Positions 19,078 to 32,243 are shown, counted from the first letter of the stretch. The stretch is DNA of 64,000 nt from an uncultured Oscillospiraceae bacterium (GCA_964433495.1 CAYSRC010000003.1:10054-74053); one strand, 5' to 3'. Numbers and translations are program-made. The notes: generated by a model from the sequence alone, not told the origin.

Positions 19078-20250
19078 CTATACCTGTCCTATCTCGGCGG
19101 ACGCTTTCTCAAGGACGCGCACAAAGCGCGTTTCGTCCGCCTCGACGACGCCCTGAATCATGTGCGCGTCGCCGCCGCCCTTGACGACCGTCCCGCCCGC
19201 ACGAACAAGCTCGCACAGCCTTTTGCACAGCCCGTCCCTGTCGGACAGCGCGAAGCGGCAGCCGCCGGGATAGGGCGCGAGCGCTGCCCCGCGCCCGCGG
19301 GCGTTTTTAAGACAGTCGGCAAGCAATCTTAAGTCCTGCGGGGAGGCGTCGCCGTCGACGATGCACGCAATCCCCGAGCGGGCGGGCGTGTTGTCTGCAA
19401 GCAGGGCATAGTGGCGCGCCTTCAGCGACGAGAGCTCGGCCTTGAGCGCGCCCTCGCGCTCGAGCAGTGCGCCGACAGCACCCGCTATCTCGTGCGGCTT
19501 TGCCGAGGTGAGCGCTGAGACCGCCGACACCTCGCGCTGCTTTATCCGATAGTCGGCGAGCGCGTCGGAGGCGATATACAGGGTAATGCGGCAGCCGCCC
19601 TTATAGCGCATATAGCCGCCCGCCTTTATCATGCCGACCTCGCCCGTCGACGCGACATGAAGCCCGCAGCAGGCACAGCAATCCACCCCCTCGATCTCGA
19701 CAAGGCGGATGTCGCCCGAAAGAGCCTTTTTTAAACGGTACTGCTTTGTCTCAAGCAGCTGCGGGGCGGGGAAGGAGCAGCGAACGGGCAGGTTCGCGAG
19801 CACCGCCGCGTTTGCCCTGTCCTCGGCCTCGCGCAGCAGCTCGGGGCTGAGCTCGCGGTCAAAGTCGACGATCACGGCGTCGTCGCCCATGTGAAAGCCG
19901 ACGTTTTGCACGCCGCACAGCGCGTTGAGGGCGCCCGTGAAGATGTGCTCGCCCGTGTGCAGGCGCATATAGCGAAGCCGGCGGGGGAGGTCGATTTTGC
20001 ACTCGACCTCGGCGCCCGTCTCGATTCGCATATCGCACAGATGTACGACCGCGCCGCCCCGCTCGCAGACGCGCACCACCCGCGCGCCGCCGATGGCGCC
20101 CAAGTCGCACGGCTCGCCGCCGCCCTCGGGATAGAACGCCGTGCGGGAGAGCACGACCTCAAAGCCGCCCTTTGCCTCGACGCAGGTGAGAGCCGTTGCG
20201 GAAAAGTCGGCAAGGTATGGGTCCGCATAATATAAGCTGTCTTTAATCAT
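19078..20250 (-). CDS. alaX: alanyl-tRNA editing protein AlaX-L type (second additional domain + DHHA1-like C-terminus)
   Basis: ATG 20250. HxxxH motif (LHTGEHIF) and CxxxH motif (CCGLHV) of the Ala/Thr-tRNA editing domain. Confidence 0.7.
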   Translation of the reverse strand: MIKDSLYYADPYLADFSATALTCVEAKGGFEVVLSRTAFYPEGGGEPCDLGAIGGARVVRVCERGGAVVHLCDMRIETGAEVECKIDLPRRLRYMRLHTGEHIFTGALNALCGVQNVGFHMGDDAVIVDFDRELSPELLREAEDRANAAVLANLPVRCSFPAPQLLETKQYRLKKALSGDIRLVEIEGVDCCACCGLHVASTGEVGMIKAGGYMRYKGGCRITLYIASDALADYRIKQREVSAVSALTSAKPHEIAGAVGALLEREGALKAELSSLKARHYALLADNTPARSGIACIVDGDASPQDLRLLADCLKNARGRGAALAPYPGGCRFALSDRDGLCKRLCELVRAGGTVVKGGGDAHMIQGVVEADETRFVRVLEKASAEIGQV

Positions 20251-20353
20251 CCTTGATCCTCTCCCTGTGTCGTTAGAAGCGCCGCCCACCGCGCGGGCCC
20301 GCAGCCGTCCTTCGGGGCGGGCGTCATGCTGCAAAACGGACGGCGCAGTGCGG

Positions 20354-21124
20354 CTATTTAATGCCGAACAGCCGTTTGCCGTTCTCGAGCGTCAGGTCGA
20401 GCACCTGCTGAGGGGTCACGCCGCCCTTGAGCTCGGCGATCTTTTCGGCGACATAGGAGATCATGTCGGAATAGCTGACCTTGCCCCTGAACTGTGCGGG
20501 GGCGAGGAAGGGACAGTCGGTCTCGAGGATGAGGCTCTCGAGCGGGGTCTCGGCCACCGTCTGCTGCTCTTTTTTTGCGTTTTTATAGGTCAGCGCGCCG
20601 CCCATGCCGAGCGACATGCCAAGCTTGCCGGTGATGGTGCGGGCGTCCTCGGGCGAGCCGGAATAGCGGTGGATGCAGCCCTTGGGCCTGTATTCGCCGA
20701 TGATCTCGAGCACGTCGCCGTGCGCGTCCCTGTCGTGGATCTGCACCGGCATCCCGAGGCGGTTCGCAAGCTCGAGCTGTGCCTTAAAGACCTCCTTTTC
20801 ACGGTCGTGATCGATGTCGTAGTAGTAGTCGAGGCCGATTTCGCCGATGGCGACAACCTTGGGGTGGCGCGTCATCTCCTCAATGCGGGCGAGCCAGCCG
20901 TCGGTGAGCTTTTCGACCTCCATGGGATGCACGCCCACGGCGGCGTACACAAAATCATATCGTTCGGCGAGCGCGATGGATCTGAGCGAAGACGCTTCGT
21001 CGCTGCCGCAGTTGATGATGAGCGCGACGCCGTTGTCCTTTTGCGCTTTAAAAACCTCGTCGAGCCTGCCTGCGTACGCCTCGTCGTCGTAGTGCGCGTG
21101 GGTGTCAAATATGTTTTTATACAT
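20354..21124 (-). CDS. tatD: TatD-family metal-dependent hydrolase
   Basis: ATG 21124. N-terminal FDTHAHYDD. Lies directly downstream of metG, as in B. subtilis metS-yabD. Confidence 0.85.
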   Translation of the reverse strand: MYKNIFDTHAHYDDEAYAGRLDEVFKAQKDNGVALIINCGSDEASSLRSIALAERYDFVYAAVGVHPMEVEKLTDGWLARIEEMTRHPKVVAIGEIGLDYYYDIDHDREKEVFKAQLELANRLGMPVQIHDRDAHGDVLEIIGEYRPKGCIHRYSGSPEDARTITGKLGMSLGMGGALTYKNAKKEQQTVAETPLESLILETDCPFLAPAQFRGKVSYSDMISYVAEKIAELKGGVTPQQVLDLTLENGKRLFGIK

Positions 21125-21306
21125 CTTGTCTTCCTTTCGTGCGCCGACGCGTATGCGGCGCAAAATGAAGTGATGCCGCCGGGGCGGGCGCCTCGGTTCA
21201 GCCCTTAAAAAAGCCCTCTATCGAACGCGGGATGTCCCCCGATTCCCGGGGCCGCAAAAGAATGCCGAAGCCGGCGGATGGATTCCCGCGCCTGCCGCGA
21301 AGCTTG

Positions 21307-23229
21307 TTATCTTATGCGCGAGCCCTCGGGAACCGCGTCGTCGACAAAGACGACCCTCGCCTCATCCCCGACCTCGCTCGAGAGGATCATGCCCTCGCTC
21401 TTGATCCCGCGGATCTTGGCGGGCGCGAGGTTGAGCACGACCGCGACCTTTTTGCCCACGAGCTCCTCAGGGCTGTACCACTGCGCAATCCCCGAGAGGA
21501 CCGTGCGCTCGCGCTCGCCGTCAAACAGTGTAAAGTTTAAAAGCTTGTCGGCCTTTTCAACCTTTGTGCAGCGCACGACGCGGCAGACGCGAAGCTCGCT
21601 CTTCATAAACTCGTCATAGCTTATCTCGGGCAGGTGCGGGATTTCGGCCTTTTCGGGTCGTGCGTCGTCCGACTGCTTCGCGAGCTCGGCCATCTCCTTT
21701 TCAAGGTCGATGCGGGGGAAGAGCACCGGCGTCCTGACGACGGTCGTGCCGGCGGGGAGCCTGCCGTACACCGCGTCCTCCAGCCGGCAGATCGAGGCGT
21801 CGGCGCCGACCGCGGCCTGAATCTTGGGCGCGGTCGAGGGCATGAAGGGGGCGAGCAGGATCGAGCTTATGCGAAGCGCCTCGCACAGGTTGTACAGCAC
21901 GCGCGCAAGCCGCGGGCGGTTGCTCTCGTCCTTTGCGAGTATCCACGGGCAGGTCTCGTCGATGTACTTGTTGGCGCGCGAGACGAGCTTGAAGATTTCG
22001 GTCAAGGCGTTGGGCAGCATGAGCGCGTCGATGCAGCCGAGCACATTTTCGGCAAGCCCGTTGCACATGCCGACGAGCTCGTCGTCGAGGGGGGCGCCGC
22101 TCTGCTCTGCGGGAAGGACGCCGCCGAAGTACTTCTCGACCATCGAAACGGTGCGCGAGAGCAGGTTGCCGAGGTCGTTGGCAAGGTCGGTGTTGATGCG
22201 GTTGATAAGACTCTCGTTGGAGAACACGCCGTCCCGGCCGAACGGGATCTCGCGCATGAGATAGTACCGTATCGCGTCGACACCGTAGCGCCCGCACAGG
22301 GTGACGGGGTCGACGACGTTGCCCTTGCTCTTGCTCATCTTGCCGCCCTCGAGCAGCAGCCAGCCGTGCCCGAAGACCTTTTTGGGCAGCGGCAGGTCGA
22401 GCGCCATGAGCAGCGCGGGCCAGATGACCGAGTGAAACCGCACGATCTCCTTGGCCATCAGGTGGACGTCGGCGGGCCAATATCTTTTAAAATCGTCATA
22501 GCGGTCGTTTTCGTAGCCGAGCGCGGTGATGTAGTTGGTCAGCGCGTCGACCCAAACATAGACGATGTGCTTGTCGTCAAAGTCGACGGGGACGCCCCAG
22601 GTGAACGAGGTGCGCGAGACACAGAGATCCTCGAGGCCGCTGTTTATAAAGCTGCGCATCTCGGCGAGCCGTGAGGCGGGCTGCAAAAAGTCGGGGTTGT
22701 CGTCGTACAGCTTGAGCAGGCGGTCTGCGTAGTCGGACAGGCGGAAGAAGTAGGCCTCCTCGCACGCCTCGCCGACCTCGCGGCCGCAGTCGGGGCACCG
22801 CCCGTCGACAAGCTGGCTTTCGGTCCAAAACGATTCGCACGGCTTGCAGTACAGCCCCTTGTATTCGCCCTTGTAGATCGCGCCCTTCTCATACAGCTTT
22901 TTAAAGATGCGCTGCACCGACCTTTGATGATAGTCGTCGGTGGTTCTGATGAACCTGTCGTAGGAGATGTTCATGACCTTCCACAGGTCCTTAATGGTCG
23001 CGACGATGTCGTCGACGTATTTCTGAGGCTCGACCCCCGCGGCCCTTGCCTTGTCCTCGATCTTCTGTCCGTGCTCGTCGGTGCCCGTGAGGAACATGAC
23101 GTCAAAACCCTGCATTCGTTTAAAGCGCGCGACGACATCGGCCGCGACGGTCGTGTACCCGTGCCCGATGTGCAGCTTGTCGGAAGGATAATAGATAGGC
23201 GTTGTGATGTAAAACTTTTCTCTTTCCAT
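21307..23229 (-). CDS. metG: methionine--tRNA ligase with C-terminal tRNA-binding domain
   Basis: HIGH-type motif (KLHIGHGYT), Zn knuckle CKPCESF..CPDCG, KMSKS. Confidence 0.95.
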   Translation of the reverse strand: MEREKFYITTPIYYPSDKLHIGHGYTTVAADVVARFKRMQGFDVMFLTGTDEHGQKIEDKARAAGVEPQKYVDDIVATIKDLWKVMNISYDRFIRTTDDYHQRSVQRIFKKLYEKGAIYKGEYKGLYCKPCESFWTESQLVDGRCPDCGREVGEACEEAYFFRLSDYADRLLKLYDDNPDFLQPASRLAEMRSFINSGLEDLCVSRTSFTWGVPVDFDDKHIVYVWVDALTNYITALGYENDRYDDFKRYWPADVHLMAKEIVRFHSVIWPALLMALDLPLPKKVFGHGWLLLEGGKMSKSKGNVVDPVTLCGRYGVDAIRYYLMREIPFGRDGVFSNESLINRINTDLANDLGNLLSRTVSMVEKYFGGVLPAEQSGAPLDDELVGMCNGLAENVLGCIDALMLPNALTEIFKLVSRANKYIDETCPWILAKDESNRPRLARVLYNLCEALRISSILLAPFMPSTAPKIQAAVGADASICRLEDAVYGRLPAGTTVVRTPVLFPRIDLEKEMAELAKQSDDARPEKAEIPHLPEISYDEFMKSELRVCRVVRCTKVEKADKLLNFTLFDGERERTVLSGIAQWYSPEELVGKKVAVVLNLAPAKIRGIKSEGMILSSEVGDEARVVFVDDAVPEGSRIR

Positions 23230-23505
23230 GTTCTGTCCTCTCTTGATGTGCAGGGTTATCGTGCGCCCGCCCGCCGCCGGGACGCCTTTTTCGCCGCAGG
23301 ATCCGCGGCGGGACGCCTTAAGCGCAAGCAGACACAGTTAATTGTAACATATTTTTACACAATAAAAAAGACGTCGGTGCAATATTGGGCCGCATGCAAA
23401 AGCGCGGATCCCTGCTTGAACGGCGGAGGCAAATGTGATACCATGTTATTCAATGCGCGGCCGCAGCGCCCGCAATCGGTTTTGAGGGGCAGGGGAGGTC
23501 AGGCG

Positions 23506-24732
23506 ATGAACAACAAGCTTTGGACGAGGGATTTCACGATAATCACGCTCGGCTCGGTCGTGTCCATGCTGGGCAACGCCGTCTCGGGCTTTGCCATCGG
23601 TCTGCTCGCGCTCGACCTCACCGACTCGACCTTCTTTTACGCGCTCTTCATGGTTGTCTATTCGCTCCCGAGGATCGTGATGCCGATGCTCGCGGGGCCC
23701 TACCTCGACAGGTTCTCGCGCAGAAAGGCGATCTACACGCTTGATTTCACGAGCGCGGGGCTCTATCTGCTCATCTTCTTTCTGATAAAGGGCGGGGTAT
23801 TCAGCTACATTCTGCTCATGCTGTTCAGCTTTGTCATCGGAAGCATTGACAGCGTATACACCATCGCCTATGACAGCTTTTACCCCAACCTCGTCAGCGA
23901 GGGCAACTTTTCAAAGGCGTATTCCATCTCGAGCATGATCTATCCTCTCGCCGCCATCATGACGCCCGTCGCGGCCTTTGTCTATGACGCGGTCGGCGTG
24001 ACGCCGCTGTTTTTGTTCAATTCGTTTTCTTTTCTGGTCGCCGCCGTGTTCGAGACGATGGTGAGGACCGAGGAAAAGCACGCGACCCGGACGGACGGCG
24101 GGTTTGATTTCAAGCGATACCGCGAGGATTTCAAGGCGGGGCTGCGCTACATATCGACCGAAAAGGGACTGCTCGCGATAACGGCCTATTTTTGCATAAC
24201 CTCGCTTTGCGATGCGTCCCTCGGCACCGTCATGCTTCCCTTTTTTAAAAGCGAAGCGTCGCTCGGCGTCGAGACCTATACCTTTATAAGCGCTCTCGGC
24301 GTGCTCGGCAGGCTCATCGGTGGGTTCATCCACTACCGCTTTCGGTATCCCGTCGACAAAAAGTTTACCATCGCCGCCTGCGTCTATTTCGGCGTCGCCG
24401 TCGTAAACGGCACGATTTTGTTCATGCCCGTCCCGCTCATGGCTGTTTTTCACTTTTTGTGCGGTGTCGCCGCGGTCACGTCGTTCAACATACGGATATC
24501 CTCGACGCAGAGCTACATCCCCGACAGCATGCGCGCGCGGTTTAACGGGGCCTTTTCGATGATGACGACGCTCGGCACCATCGTCGGTCAGCTCGCGTCG
24601 GGCGCGCTCGCCGAGGCCGTTCCCATGAGGGCGGTCGTGCTCCTCTTTTCGGCGCTCAACGCGGTCTCGGTCTTCGCTGTGGTCGTGCGCTCGCGAAAGC
24701 AGATAAGCCCCATCTACAACAGGCAGGTATAG
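23506..24732 (+). CDS. MFS transporter
   Basis: ATG 23506 inside track ORF 22924..24732. About 12 predicted TM segments. ..LAGPYLDRFSRRK.. loop motif typical of MFS. Confidence 0.8.
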   Translation: MNNKLWTRDFTIITLGSVVSMLGNAVSGFAIGLLALDLTDSTFFYALFMVVYSLPRIVMPMLAGPYLDRFSRRKAIYTLDFTSAGLYLLIFFLIKGGVFSYILLMLFSFVIGSIDSVYTIAYDSFYPNLVSEGNFSKAYSISSMIYPLAAIMTPVAAFVYDAVGVTPLFLFNSFSFLVAAVFETMVRTEEKHATRTDGGFDFKRYREDFKAGLRYISTEKGLLAITAYFCITSLCDASLGTVMLPFFKSEASLGVETYTFISALGVLGRLIGGFIHYRFRYPVDKKFTIAACVYFGVAVVNGTILFMPVPLMAVFHFLCGVAAVTSFNIRISSTQSYIPDSMRARFNGAFSMMTTLGTIVGQLASGALAEAVPMRAVVLLFSALNAVSVFAVVVRSRKQISPIYNRQV

Positions 24733-24888
24733 CCGAAGGGGTCCGCGGGCCTCCGCGCGAAAGCACATGGGGCGGACGACGCGGGGATTGCAGGGCGTTT
24801 GTTTAGGGCTTTTGGTGAAAGCCGTCCGAACGCTCGCCGCGCGTACGCCCGTTCAATATTTAATACCCTGTATGGGAGGGATTTGACA

Positions 24889-25725
24889 ATGAAACGGATA
24901 GCGACGGTACAGGATTTTTCCTGCGCGGGGCGGTGCTCGCTCACGGTGGCGCTGCCCATCGTCTCGGCGTGCGGAATAGAGTGCTGCTGCGTGCCGACGG
25001 CGGTTCTGTCTACCCACACCGGGGGCTTCAGCGGCTACACGCTGCGCGACCTCACCGACGACATAGCCCCGATAGCGGCGCACTGGGCGTCCCTTGACCT
25101 CGGCTTTGACGCGCTTTACACGGGCTACCTCGCGAGTGAGCGGCAGATCGACCTTGTGTGCGACTTTGCGCGCCGCTTTCGCGGGGGCGGCTTTGTCGCC
25201 GTCGACCCCGCCATGGCCGACAACGGCGCGCTGTACGGCGGCTTTGATGTGCACTTTGCAAAAAGGATGGCGGGGCTTTGCGGCATGGCCGACATTGTCG
25301 TCCCCAACCTCACCGAGGCGGCGCTGCTGACGGGCAGGGAATACGACCCCGCGCCCGACAGGGACAGGGTGGGCGCGCTGCTCTGCGGCCTTTTGGCGCT
25401 CGGGGCGAAGAGCGCCGTCATCACGGGCGTCAGCTTTGCGCCGGGGCAGCTGGGCGCGGCGTTCATGGGCGCCGACGGGCGGATGGGCTATGCCTGCCGC
25501 GGCAGGGTCGAAAAGAGCTATCACGGGACGGGCGACATCTTTTCAAGTGTGCTCGTCTCGGCGCTGACGCAGGGCTTAAGCCTCGGGGACGCGTGCGACG
25601 CGGCGTGTGATTTCACCACGACCTGTATCGCAAACACCGCAAAAGAGGCGGTCGACGAGCGCTACGGGGTGCTGTTCGAGCGCGAGCTCTACCGCCTGTG
25701 CGACCGCTTTTTGAAAAAGGTCTGA
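24889..25725 (+). CDS. pdxK: pyridoxal/pyridoxamine kinase
   Basis: ATG 24889 after GGGAGGG. ..IATVQDFSCAGRCSLTVALPI.. N-terminus and ribokinase-family GTGD (YHGTGDIFSS). Confidence 0.8.
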   Translation: MKRIATVQDFSCAGRCSLTVALPIVSACGIECCCVPTAVLSTHTGGFSGYTLRDLTDDIAPIAAHWASLDLGFDALYTGYLASERQIDLVCDFARRFRGGGFVAVDPAMADNGALYGGFDVHFAKRMAGLCGMADIVVPNLTEAALLTGREYDPAPDRDRVGALLCGLLALGAKSAVITGVSFAPGQLGAAFMGADGRMGYACRGRVEKSYHGTGDIFSSVLVSALTQGLSLGDACDAACDFTTTCIANTAKEAVDERYGVLFERELYRLCDRFLKKV

Positions 25726-25815
25726 CCCCCGGGTGCTGCGGACGGGCCGCGCCGTCAAACCGATGTTAAACGGTATCTCTCCGGCCGAAGGGCACGGTTT
25801 CATGAAGAAGTTAAA

Positions 25816-25856
25816 GGGCAGGGCAGACCCAAACGGTTTGCCTGCCCTTTCTGTTG
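25816..25856 (+). terminator. terminator downstream of pdxK
   Basis: GGGCAGGGCA...TGCCTGCCC hairpin followed by TTTCTGTTG. Confidence 0.55.
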
Positions 25857-26228
25857 TCGCCGAAAAGGCAGGAGAAAACCCCTGTTGTACCGGGGGTAGG
25901 AAAAATGCTTCGGCATAAGCCAAGGACGCGACATACTTTTTGGTATGCCGCGTCCTTGCAAAACACAAGAGCTAATATGATAGGTTGAAAGTGTACGGTA
26001 TTCAGTCCCCGAACAGAGGACTTGCAGTGCAAAAAGTGTGATTGAAGCTCTTTTTCAGCGCCCCCTTTAGGGGCAGAGTTCGTAACTGTCCCTTTTAAGG
26101 GTTCTTCTGTCTACTATCTATTGACTTTTGCGGTTCAACGCGTGGTTTTGATTCCGCATGACCCGTTCGGCGTAAGTCCGGCCCGCCGCTCAAAAGACGG
26201 GGGATGCTTTTGCTGCGGCCCGTAAAGC

Positions 26229-26735
26229 TCAAAGACGCTGTGTTACGGCGCTGTTCAGCTCGAGCCGCATGTATATGGAGGTGTCAAGCGGGCTGCCGTT
26301 GTAGCGCGCGGTCTCCTCAAAGCCGAATTTTTTGTACAGACCGAGCGCGTCCTTTAAAAAGGGGAGCGTGTCGAGCAGCATGACGGCATATCCCATGCGG
26401 CGCGCATCGTCCGCTGCGCTTTTAATAAGGGCGCCGCCGATGCCGTTTGAGCGGAAACAGGGCCTTACGTACAGCCGCTTCATCTCACAGCGGCGCTCGT
26501 CAAGACGACGCAACCCGACGCAGCCCGCGGGCATGCCGTCCAAAAAGGCTATGCGAAGGCAGCCCGAAGGGGGGCCGTATTTTTCCTCGAGCTTTTGCAG
26601 CTCGCGGTCATAGTGCTGCATCTCCGGGTACCCTTTAAACTGCTCGTCGCCCTGTGTGAGCATGTCGGTGTACTCCTTGAACAGGACTTTTATCTCCTCA
26701 ACGTGCCGAAGCCCGTCCTCGATTTGAAGCTTCAT
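26229..26735 (-). CDS. GNAT-family N-acetyltransferase
   Basis: 168 aa. Acetyl-CoA motif region ..RLYVRPCFRSNGIGGALI... Confidence 0.8.
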   Translation of the reverse strand: MKLQIEDGLRHVEEIKVLFKEYTDMLTQGDEQFKGYPEMQHYDRELQKLEEKYGPPSGCLRIAFLDGMPAGCVGLRRLDERRCEMKRLYVRPCFRSNGIGGALIKSAADDARRMGYAVMLLDTLPFLKDALGLYKKFGFEETARYNGSPLDTSIYMRLELNSAVTQRL

Positions 26736-26801
26736 CGTTTAACCTCTCCTGCCGGGGCAATAATTACGGTGACAGGTCTTATCGCCGTGCATGAAAGGCG
26801 C

Positions 26802-27467
26802 TCAGTCATCGGCGCAGTCGTCCGCGAAGGCGGTGTCCTCGCCCTCACCCTCGCAGAGCGGCACCTGCGCGACGGCCTCGACCACCGGCTGCCGCAGGAA
26901 CAGCGACGGGTCGGCGAGCACGGTGTAGCCGCAGCCGGGCGCGGGGTTCCACTCATAGGGCTCTGCCTTGGGGTAGGCGAGGGCAGCCATGATTAGGCTT
27001 ATCACGTCCGCATGCGTTATCACCGCGCACGAGCGCATCCCCCTTGACATCGCGTCGGTGACGATGTCCGCAAACCCGTTCACGACGCGGCCGTAAAAGC
27101 GCTCGGCCGGCTCGACTCCGTCGGGGACAAAGCCGCTTTTGGGTGCGGCCCAGCGGCAGAACTCGTCGTCGCTTTTAAGCTCCTCGAGCGTCCTGCCCTC
27201 AAAGCGCCCGAAGGCCGCCTCGGTGATCGCGTCGCACACGATCGTCTCACACCCGGGGAACAGAATCTCGGCCGTCTGCCGGGCCCTGCGCAGGGGGCTT
27301 GTGTAGACAGCGTCGACATAGGGATAGCGGGTGTCGCCCGAAAGGCGCTCGAGCTCATCGCGTCCCTCGTCACTGAGCGGGATGTCGGTCCCCGAGCCGC
27401 AGTAGATCCCCTTTTCGTTGGCTTCGGTCAAGCCGTGGCGTATCAGATGAAATTTATAGGTTTTCAC
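26802..27467 (-). CDS. histidine phosphatase family protein (phosphoglycerate mutase-like)
   Basis: GTG 27467, 4 nt after GGGAGGA. RHG catalytic motif (LIRHGLTEAN). Second His region ..VITHADVI... Confidence 0.8.
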   Translation of the reverse strand: MKTYKFHLIRHGLTEANEKGIYCGSGTDIPLSDEGRDELERLSGDTRYPYVDAVYTSPLRRARQTAEILFPGCETIVCDAITEAAFGRFEGRTLEELKSDDEFCRWAAPKSGFVPDGVEPAERFYGRVVNGFADIVTDAMSRGMRSCAVITHADVISLIMAALAYPKAEPYEWNPAPGCGYTVLADPSLFLRQPVVEAVAQVPLCEGEGEDTAFADDCADD

Positions 27468-27594
27468 AGTGTCCTCCCGAGGGAATTTATGTCTGTTTTT
27501 CGACAAAAAAGGTCAATAAACTTTACAAAGTGCCGTTTATATCTTATAATTAAACCTACATGTCACATTATTTAAGTGAAGAAGGGAATGCAGT

Positions 27595-28287
27595 ATGCCC
27601 TCCGCAAACTTCAGCCGTATCTTAACGCTTTTGCGAAAAGAACGGGGAATCACCCAAAAAGAGGCCGCCGCAAGCCTGGGCGTTTCGCAGGCGTTGCTGT
27701 CCCATTACGAAAAGGGGATTCGCGAATGCGGGCTTGATTTTGTCGTCCGCGCCGCCGACTTTTACGGCGTTTCGTGCGACTATCTTTTAGGGCGCTCGCC
27801 CGACAGAAACGGCTCGACCCTCACAGTCGACGACCTGCCCGAGGACGACCAAAGCTACGACAAGCATTACCGCGGCAGCGTGCTGCCCGTTCTCAACAAA
27901 AAGCTGTTGACAAATTCGCTCTTTATCCTGTACGACCTGCTGCTGCGGGCCGCAAGCTCCAAGTTGGTGGGAGAGGTCTCCGCCTATCTGATGACGGCCT
28001 ATTACAAGATGTTCAGAAGGGTTTACGGCGCAAACCCCAAAAATTCGACCAACATGTTCTCGGTGCCCGACAGCGTCTATTCGGGCTATGCCGACGCGCA
28101 GATGAGCAGGAGCGACGCCAAAATCTGCGCGATGCTCGAGGGCGAACGGCTGCTCGACATCGAGCCCGAGCAGGGCGTCGAGGCGCTGACGCTGACGACC
28201 GAGCACCTCACGCAGGAGTATCCGCAGCACTCGTCGGCGCTGTTTAACCTCATCAAGCAGACCGAGCGCGGGATTATGAACGAATAG
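27595..28287 (+). CDS. XRE-family HTH transcriptional regulator with ~160-aa C-terminal domain of unknown function
   Basis: HTH ..LRKERGITQKEAAASLGVSQALLSHYEKG... Confidence 0.8.
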   Translation: MPSANFSRILTLLRKERGITQKEAAASLGVSQALLSHYEKGIRECGLDFVVRAADFYGVSCDYLLGRSPDRNGSTLTVDDLPEDDQSYDKHYRGSVLPVLNKKLLTNSLFILYDLLLRAASSKLVGEVSAYLMTAYYKMFRRVYGANPKNSTNMFSVPDSVYSGYADAQMSRSDAKICAMLEGERLLDIEPEQGVEALTLTTEHLTQEYPQHSSALFNLIKQTERGIMNE

Positions 28288-28321
28288 CGGTTTCTTCTGC
28301 TTCTTCGATATCGGTCAACGC

Positions 28322-28353
28322 GCGGTGCGGCTTTTAGGCCGCACCGCTTTTTG
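28322..28353 (+). terminator. terminator after the XRE gene
   Basis: GCGGTGCGGC / GCCGCACCGC 10-bp stem followed by TTTTTG. Confidence 0.75.
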
Positions 28354-28489
28354 TTGTTTTGCTTCGGGGCGCTCTCACGGGTAAAAGGATGTTCCCGCGG
28401 GTGAAACCGCCTGAGCGCGTATGCTTACCGGGGGCAAAGGTCCGCTATGGACAGGCCTTACCGTTCGGTGCGGCCCGCCGCTTCAGCAT

Positions 28490-28560
28490 CATTTTGAAAA
28501 AGAAAACCGATGTCTGCGGGGAGGGGAGACCGGCAACAGGCCTCCCGTCGGCCCGCAGAC
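28490..28560 (-). terminator. terminator after secA
   Basis: On the minus strand, GTCTGCGGG...CCCGCAGAC with an inner GC helix, followed by a T-rich tract. Confidence 0.5.
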
Positions 28561-28619
28561 CGCGCTTGCACGTTTGATTATGAATGATTTCCTTAGGCGA
28601 TTTTACTTTATAGGACAGA

Positions 28620-31355
<2,736 letters not shown>

Positions 31356-31481
31356 TGTTATATGCTACCTCACAAACAGTTTTGATGTGTCCTTGCGCTC
31401 GTTACATACCTCATCATTTTACTCTTATATACTATACAATGTCAAATTTTGCGCACAAGGGGGTTTTTGACGAATTTGTTA

Positions 31482-31510
31482 TTGAAATAAACTGTTCGGT
31501 TAGATATACT
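31482..31510 (+). promoter_or_regulatory. candidate promoter for the NifU-like/GGGtGRT pair
   Basis: TTGAAA, 17-nt spacer, TATACT, in the AT-rich divergent spacer shared with secA. Confidence 0.4.
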
Positions 31511-31550
31511 ATATTCAGCGCAATGTTTTACAAACCGAAAGGAGTAAAAA

Positions 31551-32243
31551 ATGAACTATTCACATGAAGTGGAGCGCATGTGTCCGATAGCCAAAGGGCC
31601 CAAGCACGGCCCCGCGCCCATCCCCGAGGAGGGCAAATGGGTCAAGGCATATCAGGTCGGCGACATCTCGGGCCTCACCCACGGCGTCGGCTGGTGCGCG
31701 CCTCAGCAGGGGGCGTGCAAGCTTACCCTCAACGTAAAAGAGGGCGTCATCGAAGAGGCGCTCGTCGAGACGCTGGGCTGCTCGGGCATGACCCATTCGG
31801 CCGCCATGGCCGCCGAGATCCTCCCCGGCAAGACGATCCTTGAGGCGCTCAACACCGACCTTGTGTGCGACGCCATCAACGTCGCCATGCGCGAGCTGTT
31901 CCTCCAGATCGTCTACGGCAGGACGCAGACTGCGTTCTCAGAAAACGGCCTGCCCATCGGCGCGTCGCTTGAGGACCTCGGCAAGGGCCTGCGCTCGCAG
32001 GTCGGCACCATGTTCTCCACCGCCGCCAAGGGTGTCCGCTATCTCGAGATGGCCGAGGGCTATGTCCTCTCGATCGCCCTCGACGAGAACGACGAGGTCA
32101 TCGGCTACAAGTTTGTCCGCCTCGGCAAGATGCTCGAGGACATCCGCCACGGGGTCGACCCCAAAGAGGCGTATGAAAAGAACACCGGCACCTACGGCAG
32201 ATATGACAGCGCGGCAAAGTACGTCGACCCGCGCGAAGAATAA
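31551..32243 (+). CDS. NifU/IscU-N-like domain protein (uncharacterised partner of the GGGtGRT protein)
   Basis: AAAGGAG RBS. Cys-containing segments GVGWCAPQQGAC, ETLGCSGMTHSAAMAAE and DLVCDA resemble the IscU scaffold Cys pattern. 230 aa. Confidence 0.55.
   Translation: MNYSHEVERMCPIAKGPKHGPAPIPEEGKWVKAYQVGDISGLTHGVGWCAPQQGACKLTLNVKEGVIEEALVETLGCSGMTHSAAMAAEILPGKTILEALNTDLVCDAINVAMRELFLQIVYGRTQTAFSENGLPIGASLEDLGKGLRSQVGTMFSTAAKGVRYLEMAEGYVLSIALDENDEVIGYKFVRLGKMLEDIRHGVDPKEAYEKNTGTYGRYDSAAKYVDPREE

Noticed and set aside
22924-23505. 5' extension of the MFS transporter ORF
   Set aside because: It overlaps the metG 5' end on the other strand. The hydrophobic MFS sequence starts at ATG 23506, which has a GGGGAGG RBS.
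23230-23505. T-box leader upstream of metG
   Set aside because: No GGTGGTACCGCG-type T-box core occurs on the minus strand, and there is no terminator before the start codon.
26125-26150. tRNA/tmRNA T-arm-like string GGTTTTGATTCC
   Set aside because: The flanking bases do not form a T-stem or an acceptor stem, and no cloverleaf can be drawn.
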